Source: a virus (Duplodnaviria > Caudoviricetes). From it: DNA of 51,816 nucleotides. The position numbers and the translations under genes were made by a program. Below the pieces are notes generated by a model. The model had not been told where the DNA came from and ran no database searches. It was given only the letters and a program-made list of their open reading frames with translations. Position 1 is the first letter of the stretch, and the number at the start of each line of letters is the position of its first letter. The stretch lies in the IMG/VR virus record IMGVR_UViG_3300005827_000005, positions 1 through 51,816 of that record; one strand, given 5' to 3'. Of this stretch, positions 8,910-19,400 are shown piece after piece.

Positions 8910-9857
8910 ATGAAACAAAAGTATTTGAATCAATCATTAGGTTTTTCTATCGACTTGAACGATGGTAAAAAATGGCAATCTACAAAGCAAGGAACGCTTA
9001 AACTTGTTAATCCTAATGATACCGATAAGCTATTTACTGTCGGCTATCTAAAAGTTGTAAATAAAGATGCTGCTGCTAGTGGAAATGAAAAACCAAATGG
9101 AAAAGTTTACATTTCAGGTATGGCTAATGCTAATGTAGTCGATCGTGTGAAAGAACGTGTTGATCCCCGCGGTTTAGATTCTACAGACTTTCTTAAAAAC
9201 CCTATTTTATTAGCACATCATAGTTATTACCACCCAATCGGACAAGTAACAAGATTAGAACAAACTAACGAAGGTGTTGAGTTTGAAGCTTGGGTTGGTG
9301 ATCCAACAAAAGCCGATCTAACTGAAATGCAAGAAGAAGTTAGAAGCCTTGTTAAACAAGGTATTTTGAAAACTGTTTCGATAGGATTTATTCCAAAAGA
9401 AATTCAAAGACCAACATACAATGATGAAGGTTCCATGATTGAACCTCTCATTATTTTAAAATGGGAACTGCTAGAATTATCTATCGTAGGCGTTCCTTGT
9501 AATCAGGATTCAACTTTTAGCGTGGTTGATAATGGAAAAAATCACACTGAAGGAGAAAATAAAAATACTACTAACAAAGGAATAGATGAAATGTCAGACA
9601 AAAAAACAAGTGAAGATAATGCGGTAAAAACTGTATTAGATGAAATTAAAACAATCCTTAGCGGATTATCTACTGATATGAAAACAGTATCAGAAAGCAC
9701 ACAATCACTTTTGAAAAAAATGGATGAAAAAGCAAAAAAACCTAGTGACGGTGAACCTGATGAAGATGATGCTGCAAAAAGATTGTCTGTGTTAGAAACA
9801 AAATTTGCAGATGTAAGCAAAGTAATTGCTATGGTTTGGGATAAATTAAGTAAGTAG
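8910..9857 (+). CDS. HK97-family prohead protease with scaffold-like C-terminus
   Basis: NPILLAHH...PIG, TVSIGF, LLELSIVGVPCN motifs. Confidence 0.9.
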   Translation: MKQKYLNQSLGFSIDLNDGKKWQSTKQGTLKLVNPNDTDKLFTVGYLKVVNKDAAASGNEKPNGKVYISGMANANVVDRVKERVDPRGLDSTDFLKNPILLAHHSYYHPIGQVTRLEQTNEGVEFEAWVGDPTKADLTEMQEEVRSLVKQGILKTVSIGFIPKEIQRPTYNDEGSMIEPLIILKWELLELSIVGVPCNQDSTFSVVDNGKNHTEGENKNTTNKGIDEMSDKKTSEDNAVKTVLDEIKTILSGLSTDMKTVSESTQSLLKKMDEKAKKPSDGEPDEDDAAKRLSVLETKFADVSKVIAMVWDKLSK

Positions 9858-9925
9858 TATCGTTTCAGCATTTGTTAATAGCTGTTTCATTTCATTTAAA
9901 ACAAATTTTTAAAAGGGTTTAAATT

Positions 9926-11332
9926 ATGTCAGAACAAAAAGATCCTATTGCTTCTATTTTAGAGCAAGTAAATAAGGAACAAAAAGGTAAAACAAGCGAT
10001 GTAGTAGATAATAAGACAGCACCAGCACAAATTGGTAAGCCTGTATTTGAAAAAGACTTAGAAATTTTGTCTGCTTTTGGTATCAAAGGTTTGCAATCTG
10101 TTATCGGACATAGAATCGATGAAAATGCTCAAGGGAAAACATCTGCTGCAATGCCTTTGAACTTTGGTTCTAAAGCTTCTGTAGGTAAATTACCTGATGA
10201 TGTTCGTTTGAGATTATTCAATCTTAAGAAATTAGTTTCTGATGCTGAAATTCAAGCCGGTTATATTTACAAAACAGCTAATGTTTCACCAGAACAAATC
10301 ATGTCAACTCCTATCTTTAAAGATATGGTTGCACCTATGTTAAAGGCTTACAACGTAACTGATTTTGTAAACTGGATACCTACAGTTCAAGCAAGATTTT
10401 ATTTTGAAGAATTTGAAATCCCTTATTTGTTGGCAAATCAATTTGACATGTTGCCTATGGAAGCCACCAGCATGGAAGTAGCTGGAGACTTAGGATTTAT
10501 GGAAGGTGTAGAAGAAACTGATGATGCTACATTTACACCACAATATACTACTGCTGCTAAGTATCCTATTACAGCACGTAACAACGTAGTTCATTCTAAG
10601 ATTACTGAAGATTTAATTGCAGATAGCGCACCAGCATATATCGAAAGATATAGAAGAAATGTTTTAATCGGTACTGCTAGAGCGTTTGAAAAATCAATCA
10701 TCAACGGTGATACAACTATATTAACTTCGATTCGTGGTGATGGTCATCAAGATACTGATACTAGAGCATTAGCATTAAATGCAACATTCTCTAAGTCTTT
10801 TGATGGTCTTAGAAAAAGAGCATTTGCAAACACTGCAAACGGTGTTGTTATCGACAACCAAGGCGATAGCGTTTCTAAAACAACTTTCGCAAAACTCCTT
10901 GAATCATTCGATGAAGCAGGTACTGATAAGAGCGATTTAATGTACATCGTTCCGAATATCATCGAAACAAAAGTTATCACTGGTGCAATTCCAGAACTCT
11001 TTACAGCATTCACTTACGGTTCTGTTGCTAGTAATGTTAGCGGAAAATGTCCTCCAATTTTCGGTATTAGCCCGCTTTCATCTGCATTCATGAGAACAGA
11101 TTTAAACGCTTCTGGTGTTTACCAATCTGGCCAGACTTTAACTAGTATTTTACTTGTTAAGAAGTCTCGTTTTGCTTGCTACACTCGCCAAGCAACTCGT
11201 GTATGGGCTGCGCCAACTGCTGCAAATACTGATCAAATGAGCATGACAGCCAAAACAAGACACACTTTTGCTGGTAACCCACAATCTGCAAAAGAAAAAT
11301 CTGTAGCAATGGCTATCAACATCGCAAGATAA
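9926..11332 (+). CDS. Major capsid protein (HK97 fold)
   Basis: Follows protease; ITEDLIADS, SIINGD, IFGISP motifs; followed by a terminator. Confidence 0.88.
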   Translation: MSEQKDPIASILEQVNKEQKGKTSDVVDNKTAPAQIGKPVFEKDLEILSAFGIKGLQSVIGHRIDENAQGKTSAAMPLNFGSKASVGKLPDDVRLRLFNLKKLVSDAEIQAGYIYKTANVSPEQIMSTPIFKDMVAPMLKAYNVTDFVNWIPTVQARFYFEEFEIPYLLANQFDMLPMEATSMEVAGDLGFMEGVEETDDATFTPQYTTAAKYPITARNNVVHSKITEDLIADSAPAYIERYRRNVLIGTARAFEKSIINGDTTILTSIRGDGHQDTDTRALALNATFSKSFDGLRKRAFANTANGVVIDNQGDSVSKTTFAKLLESFDEAGTDKSDLMYIVPNIIETKVITGAIPELFTAFTYGSVASNVSGKCPPIFGISPLSSAFMRTDLNASGVYQSGQTLTSILLVKKSRFACYTRQATRVWAAPTAANTDQMSMTAKTRHTFAGNPQSAKEKSVAMAINIAR

Positions 11333-11339
11333 ATTTAAT

Positions 11340-11367
11340 TTACCCTTGAAATATAGGGTAACTTTTT
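11340..11367 (+). terminator. Rho-independent terminator
   Basis: TTACCCT/AGGGTAA stem followed by CTTTTT. Confidence 0.75.
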
Positions 11368-11380
11368 AGAAAGTTTTATT

Positions 11381-11707
11381 ATGCTTTGCAGAATTTATAA
11401 TTGTGATCAAATGCTTAATATGCCAATATCTCAGCTTGGTGGTATTGTTGTTCATCATGGACAAGTTTTAATTGTTAATGATCAAATTGGAGATGAATTA
11501 AAAAAGAATTTCGGTTCTAAATTAGTTCATGTTGGAAATATTGATAAGTCTCAATTGGCTTCTGGTTCTTTTGAATTAGCGCAAGCTTCTAAATTTGCTC
11601 CTAGCAATACTGTTGCTGCTGAAATTGAGCAAAAAGAAGATACTCAATTTAAAGCTCCAAACAGAGATATGGCTGGAAAAACTAAAGGAAAAGTCAGGAC
11701 TAAATAA
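11381..11707 (+). CDS. Hypothetical head-associated protein
   Basis: Lies between capsid and connector; basic C-terminal tail. Confidence 0.6.
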   Translation: MLCRIYNCDQMLNMPISQLGGIVVHHGQVLIVNDQIGDELKKNFGSKLVHVGNIDKSQLASGSFELAQASKFAPSNTVAAEIEQKEDTQFKAPNRDMAGKTKGKVRTK

Positions 11708-11710
11708 AAA

Positions 11711-12319
11711 ATGTCACTTACGACAATGAACGATATTAAAACTTTTTTAGGAATATCACTAAGTGATACTAGCAAGGATGCTATTATCACGATGTTTAAA
11801 GATTCTGTTGAGCAAAGTATTATAAATTACTGCGAATCAGATTTTTCAACAAAAGTTGTTACTAATGAAGTTTTAGACGGTGTTTTAAGTGATATTATTG
11901 TTCCAAAAAATTTTCCTGTTCTATCTGTTCAACAGGTAGTAATAGGAAACGGAATAGATAACAGCGGTGGTTTAACATTAGCTACTAATGATTATTATTT
12001 TGACGAAAGCTCTATAATTTTAAAGATAAATACTACACCTTTTTATAGATCTTCCGTGAAAATAGATTATACCTATGGTTATTCTACTGTTCCAGCAGAC
12101 GTTAAAATGTGCGTTTATCAAGCTGTTAAAGCAGAATTACAGCGATATGAATCTAATACTGAAAACGTATCAAGTAGATCAAAAGAAGGCGAAAGCGAAA
12201 GCCTTGGCGCTTCATGGGATTCTATAAGTGGACTTCCTAAACAAATAATTTCTAAGTTGCAAAGCTATCGTAGTAGTTACGAGTTCCCGAATATTTCTAT
12301 GTCGCAAAGGAACTACTAA
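11711..12319 (+). CDS. Head-tail connector (gp6-like adaptor)
   Basis: IKTFLGI, INYC, PVLSV, YTYGYSTVPADVK motifs. Confidence 0.85.
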   Translation: MSLTTMNDIKTFLGISLSDTSKDAIITMFKDSVEQSIINYCESDFSTKVVTNEVLDGVLSDIIVPKNFPVLSVQQVVIGNGIDNSGGLTLATNDYYFDESSIILKINTTPFYRSSVKIDYTYGYSTVPADVKMCVYQAVKAELQRYESNTENVSSRSKEGESESLGASWDSISGLPKQIISKLQSYRSSYEFPNISMSQRNY

Positions 12320-12891
12320 TGAACGATATAAATGCTTTAAAAGAATATGTTGTAGAATTAACTGATAAGAATGAAAAAGCACAATTCAAAGCAATGGTTG
12401 CTTGTCTGCAATTATCAGAAGCTTTTGCAAAAAGAAATATTACAAAAAACTTTACTGGTAGAAATGGTAGAAGATTGTCAGGTGGTTTATTAAATTCCGT
12501 TTATGTTAACTACAAAATGGAAGGTAAAACAATGACAGGTCAGTTAGGTGTTAAGAATATTCCTTACGGTGCTATCCATGAATTTGGTGGAACTATCACA
12601 CCTAAAAACGCTAAACATCTTTGGATTCCTAGATATGTAAATTCTAAAAAAATGACACCTATGGAATTCATGGCTTTGAAAAAAGGTAATCCTAGAGATT
12701 ATTTTTTAAATGATAAAGTAGCTGGTAAGGTGTTAAATAAAAATAGAAAGAAAAACGAAAGAGCTAAAATAATACCTTTATTTATGCTAGTCGATAAAGT
12801 TCAAATGCCAGCAAGACCTTACTTAGCACCAGCTATGGAAGATGCTTTTGATAATTACGGTGATTATTACCAGAAATTTTTAGGTGAGTAA
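12319..12891 (+). CDS. Virion morphogenesis / tail completion protein (HK97 gp10/Mu gpG-like)
   Basis: SGGLLNSV, PYGAIHEFG, MPARPYLAPA motifs. Confidence 0.85.
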   Translation: MNDINALKEYVVELTDKNEKAQFKAMVACLQLSEAFAKRNITKNFTGRNGRRLSGGLLNSVYVNYKMEGKTMTGQLGVKNIPYGAIHEFGGTITPKNAKHLWIPRYVNSKKMTPMEFMALKKGNPRDYFLNDKVAGKVLNKNRKKNERAKIIPLFMLVDKVQMPARPYLAPAMEDAFDNYGDYYQKFLGE

Positions 12892-13355
12892 TGTCAACTC
12901 GTTCTGAAATAATGCAAGCAATAGCTGATAGACTTGTTACAATTACATCTGCAAATGGTTATGATCTTAATTTGAAAAAAGTTTATTACGATAAAATACC
13001 TATGGGTATTCAATTATTATCACATCAATTACCTTGTTTATTTTTGCTTTCTGATTCTGACAATCCTAAAATGCAAAACTCTTGTGTAATTGGTGACTGG
13101 ACTATAAGAATTCAAATTTGGGCTGAAGGCAAAGCTTCTGATTTTCAAATGGATGATTATGTTAGAGATGTTTTTAAATGCATTTATGCTAATTCATCTA
13201 CTGCACAAGTTAATGATCAATTTAGATCACTTCATTCAAAGTTAGTTCGCATTGAACCATTGTCAATTGATCCTGATTTGAATATGATAGAGGCTAATCG
13301 TGTTTACGAACTCACTTTTAAAATTGAGTATCGTACAAATTTATTTTCTTTATGA
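12891..13355 (+). CDS. Tail terminator-like protein
   Basis: RSEIMQAIADRLVTITSANGY N-terminus and position. Confidence 0.7.
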   Translation: MSTRSEIMQAIADRLVTITSANGYDLNLKKVYYDKIPMGIQLLSHQLPCLFLLSDSDNPKMQNSCVIGDWTIRIQIWAEGKASDFQMDDYVRDVFKCIYANSSTAQVNDQFRSLHSKLVRIEPLSIDPDLNMIEANRVYELTFKIEYRTNLFSL

Positions 13356-13365
13356 AAGGTTTTTT

Positions 13366-13737
13366 ATGTTGATGTTTAAGAAAGTTTTATTGTTAATTGT
13401 TGGTTTTATTTCTTGTAATCTTTTCGCTCAATCTGTAATTTTTCCAGACCGCGTGACTAGAGTTAGTAACTATCATACCACGGTAGGAACAACAACAGCT
13501 GCTGCAATTCCTACTGTTTCAACTGATGTAATAGGTTGGGAAATTTGCAATGATGCTGTAAATACAAGTACATTTCTAGCCGTTGGTCAAGCTGCTGATG
13601 TTTCTACCGATGGTGTAGTATTAGGTTTAGGTCAGTGCTTTAAATGTCCTAACTGCACAAACGCTTTATTAAAACTAATGAAAGTTGAAGGTCAAGCCGC
13701 AAGTAATGGATACTCTGTTATTCAGTACAGAAAATAA
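13366..13737 (+). CDS. Small beta-sandwich protein with Sec-type signal peptide
   Basis: GAAAGG RBS; MFKKVLLLIVGFISCNLFA-Q signal; start refined from 13300. Confidence 0.7.
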   Translation: MLMFKKVLLLIVGFISCNLFAQSVIFPDRVTRVSNYHTTVGTTTAAAIPTVSTDVIGWEICNDAVNTSTFLAVGQAADVSTDGVVLGLGQCFKCPNCTNALLKLMKVEGQAASNGYSVIQYRK

Positions 13738-13744
13738 ATAATTA

Positions 13745-13774
13745 AGGCGGTCTTAATAGGCCGCTTGAATTTTT
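13745..13774 (+). terminator. Stem-loop, possible terminator
   Basis: AGGCGGTCT/AGGCCGCTT stem with G-U pairs, then GAATTTTT. Confidence 0.55.
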
Positions 13775-13797
13775 ACATTCATAAAGGAAATAAAAAT

Positions 13798-15387
13798 ATG
13801 AAATTTAGATCGAGAATAGATTATGCATCAATTTACAATTCTGATAGAAACGGAATTAACTTAGGTATTGATTCTGCTGTTTTCTTAAAAAAAGAATTAA
13901 CTCCAAGAGTTTTTAATGCTCCGACAATTGGAACACAAGGTAAGTCTACTAGTGCTAATACTGCTATTACAGATATTTCTGCATTAACAGATACAAATTT
14001 AAGAGTATCTGTTGACGGTGGTGCTATTGTTAACGTTACATTATCAAACGCTGGTAAAACAACAGGTAACTTAATCGCTGCTGAATTAGAATCTAAAATT
14101 AATACTGCATTAATTGCAGCTGGTCAAGACGGTAGAGTTTGGGTTGAATTTGTTGTTGATCATTATATTATTTGTTCACAAAAAACAGGTATAACTTCAA
14201 GCGTTGTTGTAACAAATGGACTTACTTTAAATATTGCAGATGATTTAGATTTAGGAACTGCTAATACTGGAACTGAAACAGTAGGTACTAATGACGAAGA
14301 TTTCTTGTTGTATACAACTGGAAACGCTACATACAAGCAAGATGTTGAATCTAATGCACATCGTTCCGGAAGAAGTCATACAGGTATTGTCAAAAAGAAA
14401 AAAATGGCTGAATGGAGCTTTGCTACTTATATCAATATGTTTGGTTCAGCCGGTGATTCAATTGATAAAGCAGTTCGTCTTTTATGGGAACAATTATTAG
14501 GAACTGAAGTTGTAACTGGTAGCTCTATTCAATACAAGCAAGGTATTCCTAACACTTTCGCCTCTCTTGTTAGATGTTCAACAATTTTTGGAGAATACTT
14601 CACAGGTCTTTACACTAGAGACATGACTTTAACCCAAGCGGGTGATGCTGCTGGTACAGAAGAATGGTCAGGAAAAGGCGCAAAAAGAACAATCGCTGGC
14701 TTATCTCAAGTAAACGGTGCTGTTGTTGCTAGTGCTGATGTTATTCTAAACTCGGGAGAAGCAAAACGCTATGACGTTGGCGCACCAGTTATGCTTGTTG
14801 ATATCGATGGTAGAACAGTTTTGTACGGTCAAGATGGTTCTTTATTAATTAGCAACATTGATTTACTAACTCACAAGTTAACATTGAATGCATCTGTTTC
14901 AATTGCAGATAATTCTTTTGTTGTTCCTTGGAATCCAGCAGCATTTAGCTCAACTGGACGTGATGCAATTTTTACTGACTTAGTGGGTAGTATAAAATTG
15001 AATCAAACATCATCGGCTATTTGTGCAACTAATATTCAGTTAGCTTTTGTTAACGATCATACAGATTTTGACAACTGCTTCGGTTCAGAAACCAACTTGG
15101 GTTATGCTGCTGCGAATAGAATGACAATAACTTTAACAGTAACATTTGACTTGTCGAATGAAAATTTTGCTGAAGTTGTTCAGGCTGCAAATTTTGCTGG
15201 TTTCAGTCCAGAAATTATTATCGGTGATGTTTCTGGTAGACACTTAAAGATAACCGCTCCAAAATGGATTCCTAGCGTACCATCCCTTGAAGTTCCAGAA
15301 AATGGAGTAACACCTGTTACTTTAGAGGGTATTTTATACCAGTCAGCTGCTGGTGCAAATGATGCAATTCTGGTAGAATTTAAATAG
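13798..15387 (+). CDS. Major tail tube protein with inserted domains
   Basis: Precedes the chaperones and tape measure; tube-like beta C-terminus (ITLTVTF, LKITAP, VTLEG); start refined from 13765. Confidence 0.7.
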   Translation: MKFRSRIDYASIYNSDRNGINLGIDSAVFLKKELTPRVFNAPTIGTQGKSTSANTAITDISALTDTNLRVSVDGGAIVNVTLSNAGKTTGNLIAAELESKINTALIAAGQDGRVWVEFVVDHYIICSQKTGITSSVVVTNGLTLNIADDLDLGTANTGTETVGTNDEDFLLYTTGNATYKQDVESNAHRSGRSHTGIVKKKKMAEWSFATYINMFGSAGDSIDKAVRLLWEQLLGTEVVTGSSIQYKQGIPNTFASLVRCSTIFGEYFTGLYTRDMTLTQAGDAAGTEEWSGKGAKRTIAGLSQVNGAVVASADVILNSGEAKRYDVGAPVMLVDIDGRTVLYGQDGSLLISNIDLLTHKLTLNASVSIADNSFVVPWNPAAFSSTGRDAIFTDLVGSIKLNQTSSAICATNIQLAFVNDHTDFDNCFGSETNLGYAAANRMTITLTVTFDLSNENFAEVVQAANFAGFSPEIIIGDVSGRHLKITAPKWIPSVPSLEVPENGVTPVTLEGILYQSAAGANDAILVEFK

Positions 15388-15421
15388 TCTCCTAGATATT
15401 TGATACAATGTTTTCAAGCCC

Positions 15422-15459
15422 ATGCCTTACTAGTTCAAACTAGCAAGGCATTTTCTTTT
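15422..15459 (+). terminator. Rho-independent terminator
   Basis: ATGCCTTACTAGT/ACTAGCAAGGCAT imperfect stem followed by a T-rich tail. Confidence 0.7.
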
Positions 15460-15503
15460 ATGATATGATTTTGTAAACATAATATTTAAATGGAGATTAA
15501 AAA

Positions 15504-15980
15504 ATGGCTATTAAGTTAGAAAAGAAAAGAAATTTATCTTGTATTGAATTTATTTCTAAAAATGATGATGCTTTAGATTTAGAGAGAAGTAATATTGAAG
15601 AATATGAAAAAACAGGTGATGTAATTCATCTTGTTTTTTTAGCAGATAAAGAACCAACTAAATTTATTTGTAACTTTCAATTAAAAGCAAATGAATTAGC
15701 AAACATTAAAAACTCAATGCTTAGTGGTGTTGATTCAGATGGTAAACCTAATATTTCTTTAGGTTCTTGGACATACAGAGTTGTTAAGTACGTTCTTAAA
15801 GATATTCAAAACCCAAATTATTTAAATCCTGAAGAAAAAATAGTTTTCAAAAAAGATTCTCAAGGTTATGTACATGATGAATTAATGGTTATTCTTGATA
15901 ATACAGGAATAGCTTCTGAAATTTTTTCTATGTATACAACATTAACTACAAGTGAATCTAAACAAAACGCAAAAAACTAA
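15504..15980 (+). CDS. Tail assembly chaperone (gpG-like)
   Basis: Between tube and tape measure; ends in slippery A AAA AAC. Confidence 0.8.
   Translation: MAIKLEKKRNLSCIEFISKNDDALDLERSNIEEYEKTGDVIHLVFLADKEPTKFICNFQLKANELANIKNSMLSGVDSDGKPNISLGSWTYRVVKYVLKDIQNPNYLNPEEKIVFKKDSQGYVHDELMVILDNTGIASEIFSMYTTLTTSESKQNAKN
15971..15977 (+). other. Programmed -1 ribosomal frameshift site
   Basis: A AAA AAC (X XXY YYZ) just before TAA; the -1 frame runs open into 15983-16390. Confidence 0.8.
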
Positions 15981-15982
15981 TA

Positions 15983-16390
15983 TTGGCGCTTATTGATTTA
16001 CATTTTGCTGATGACAAAATAAAAGTTACTTACGATTGTAATAATTGCATAAAAAATACTAAGAATTTTATTACTCGTAAATGTGAGCAAGATGGTTTTA
16101 ATAATCACGCCGAAAGACCGATAGACAAGTTGAGTTATAGATATACATTTTGTGTTGGTAAAGCAACTTGGTATGAAGAAATAATAGATTTATTTGACTT
16201 GTGTATTGTTGCTTATGAAACTGGAATAATGCCTAACTATGGTGGTTTTTTAGATCAAGAAGAAACTTTTAGGGAAATATTTCCGATGTTTGTTCAGAGA
16301 TGGAAAAGAAGAAATTATAACAGTGTTTGGTTAGATGTTAGTGATTTTTCTAGGATGATTTTAGAATCTATTTTTGGCAAAAAAAGATAA
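15983..16390 (+). CDS. gpT-like extension of the tail assembly chaperone
   Basis: In the -1 frame of gpG; TTG start lacks an RBS; GIMPNYGGFLDQ motif. Confidence 0.75.
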   Translation: MALIDLHFADDKIKVTYDCNNCIKNTKNFITRKCEQDGFNNHAERPIDKLSYRYTFCVGKATWYEEIIDLFDLCIVAYETGIMPNYGGFLDQEETFREIFPMFVQRWKRRNYNSVWLDVSDFSRMILESIFGKKR

Positions 16391-16403
16391 TAAAGGTTGA
16401 TTT

Positions 16404-19400
16404 ATGGCAGTTAGCAAAACTATGGATTTTAATATAAATCTAGAAGCTAAAAACAATATGAGTAATAGCCTAGATGCTATAAGTCAATCTATAAGCGATT
16501 TAATAGAAGTATACGATAAATCTATTCAATCAATAAAACAAGCAGTAAAAGAGTATATAAGTAATAAAGAAGCAATAAAATCTACTAAAGAAGCTTATGA
16601 ATCTACTTACAAAGCGATACATAAGTTTGATGAATCAGTATTGCAATCATCTACTTCAATTCAAAAGTTTTCTAATCAAATGAATTTTAGTATTTCTGGT
16701 ATTGGAAACTTTACTAAATTAATAACTAATTTAGTGATTGAATTAGATAGATTAACAAAACCTGAAACACTAAAAAGAACTTCTGACTTATTTGCTATAT
16801 TCGCTGCAATGACAAAATTAAGGGGATTTGATCAATTATCTAGTGGTATTTATAAAGTTTCACTAGCTATTAATTCACTTTCTAAAAAATCTTCTGATTT
16901 AAGAAGTTCTTTAACTGGTGATTTTGGCGATACATCTTTAAAAGCTAGGATGTATATGGGAGACACTAGCGCTTCTGTTGAATATTTGAAAAATTCTATA
17001 GTTGATTTATCTGGAACAATGGTTTCTGCAACAAAAAGCGTATTTGACTATGCAAAATCATTTATACAAGTAACTACTAATATTACAATGACTGCTCAAG
17101 CATTAAATACCTTAGTTACACCTGAAAACGCTAAAAACATTTCAAATATTTTTGCTGTTTTATCTGCTGGTTCTGAAATTAAAGGTTTTGATAATGTATC
17201 GAAACAATTAATGATGATATCAGATTCAAGCAGAAATGCATCTATTCAATTGCAAGATATGAAAGATAAACAAGAATCATTAACAAGTAGATTAGAGCAA
17301 GCAGCAAATGCTTCTAGATTGTATGTTAGTGCGATTTCAATGTTAAAAACAATTGGAATAGCTGCTGTTATAGGTACTGCAACAGGTTTTCTATATAGAT
17401 TCGCTAAAACTACAGAATACGGTAATAATTTAATAAATAACTGGATAAGCAGTTTTAATATATACGTAGATATTTTTAAAACATTTAGTAAAACTTTATA
17501 CGAAACTTCACCAGCAATATCTAAATTAATGATTATGCTGGTTGAATTATCTTCTGGATTTTCTTTATTAGGAAATTATTTAAGTTCATCTGATGATAAA
17601 TTTACACAATTTATAGGAAATATTTTTAGAAATTCTGCATTAACTGGTTTTGCTATTGGTGCAGTTTTAAACATTACGCTTAGGACTATTGGTGATGGAT
17701 TAGCTTCAATAGGTAAAATGCTAGATGAATCAATGACTAAGTTTGAAGAAAAATTTACTAAATCACAAAACGTAATGTCACAGTTTCAATTTGTTATAAA
17801 TGGTTTAACTCGTGATTTAGGAGAAGCTACAACTGGTGGTTTAGAAATGTGGAATAAAAAATTAGTAGAAATGCAAGATACAACTAAATTTGCTACTGTT
17901 GATATTGCTAAATCTATGAAAATGATTATTTCAGAAGGTGCTAGATTTGGTTTAACAACAGAACAAATATCTAACTTGATAACTAAATCAGGTGATATTG
18001 CTAGTTCTTATTCAATGGATGTTGTTGATTCAGCAAACATGATAACAAATGCATTAGCTGGACAAACTCAATCATTTGTAAACTTAGGTATTAGTGTTAA
18101 CGATGCTGCAAATGCTCATTCTGATTTATTTTTAATGATGGGAAAATCTTCTGATAAACTAACTAAACAAGAACAAGCGTTAGTTAAATATGATTTGATA
18201 ATGAAAGAAACTAGTTCAATTATTGGAGCTGCTACAAATGAATTAAATACAATTGCAGGAGCAACAGCTAAATATGAACGTGCTGTTGTTAATGTTCAAG
18301 TTAAAATGGGTACAATGGCATTTATTGCAGAAAATTTAATAGCAGCAAAAACAAAACTATTTGAAATTTTAAATAAACTTCCTAATAGTTTTTATATTGT
18401 TGCTGGTAGCGTTCAGGATTTATTATCATTTTTTCTTCCAGTTATTGGTGTTGTTATTAAATTCGGTACTTATATTTTAGCTGCTACAACAGTAATGAAG
18501 TTATTTAATGCTTATGCTGCTTCTACAGTAATAAGTAACACGGCTTTAGGTCGTTCAATTTTATTTGTTGCTAATTCTTTAAATGTTCAAACAATAGCAA
18601 TGACTGGAAGCAAAGAATTATTAATAAACTTAGGGAATATTTTAAAAGGCGCAATGTCACTTTCATTAGTTGCTTTTACTGCATTATTAAATCAAGCTAA
18701 ATTAGCACTAATTTCATTCTCTAAGGTTATTTGGAGTACTACAATAGCAGTATTATCAAACCCTTTGTTTTGGAAAGTAGCTATTATTGTTGGTTCTATA
18801 ATAGCTGTAATAGAAGCTATGAAACAACTTTATGAACAAGTTGATTTTGTAAGAGAAGGTATAGATAACTTAAAGAAAGAATTTATAGGTTTATTTAGTT
18901 CATTAGATAAAAATGTATCTTCTTTAAGTTCTATTAGTAATATTTTTATGGAACTTACACAAAATATTTTAGGTATTACAAAAATAATTGTAGGTGGTTT
19001 TGTTGCTGGTATTTATTCATTATCTAGTGCCTATTCTTTTTTAAGAGGTGTTTTATCAACGGATGAAAAAGAACAAGAAGAGTGGAATAATAAAGCTGAA
19101 GATGCAAGAGATAAAATAATACAATTATCTAAATTTATGTCTAAGGCTTCTGATGAAGTTACGCTACTCGGTGGAAAAACAGCATATGCAGCAACTCAAA
19201 TGAGTGTGGCAGATAAAAACGCTAAAAAATATAGTGACACATTAGAAAAATTAGTTTCATTTCAAATGAAAGATTTTAATGAAGAATCTGAGAGATTAAA
19301 AATTACTGGTAATGAATTCAAACAGGCTTTAGAAAAGCAAGAAGAAGCAATAAGAAATTTAACTAAAGCAAGACAAGAAAATTTAGAAATTGAAGATAAA

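Noticed and set aside
13798-15387. Contractile tail sheath (myovirus)
   Set aside because: No separate tube gene or baseplate wedge (J-like) genes recognised; the C-terminus is tube-like and the tape measure is very long
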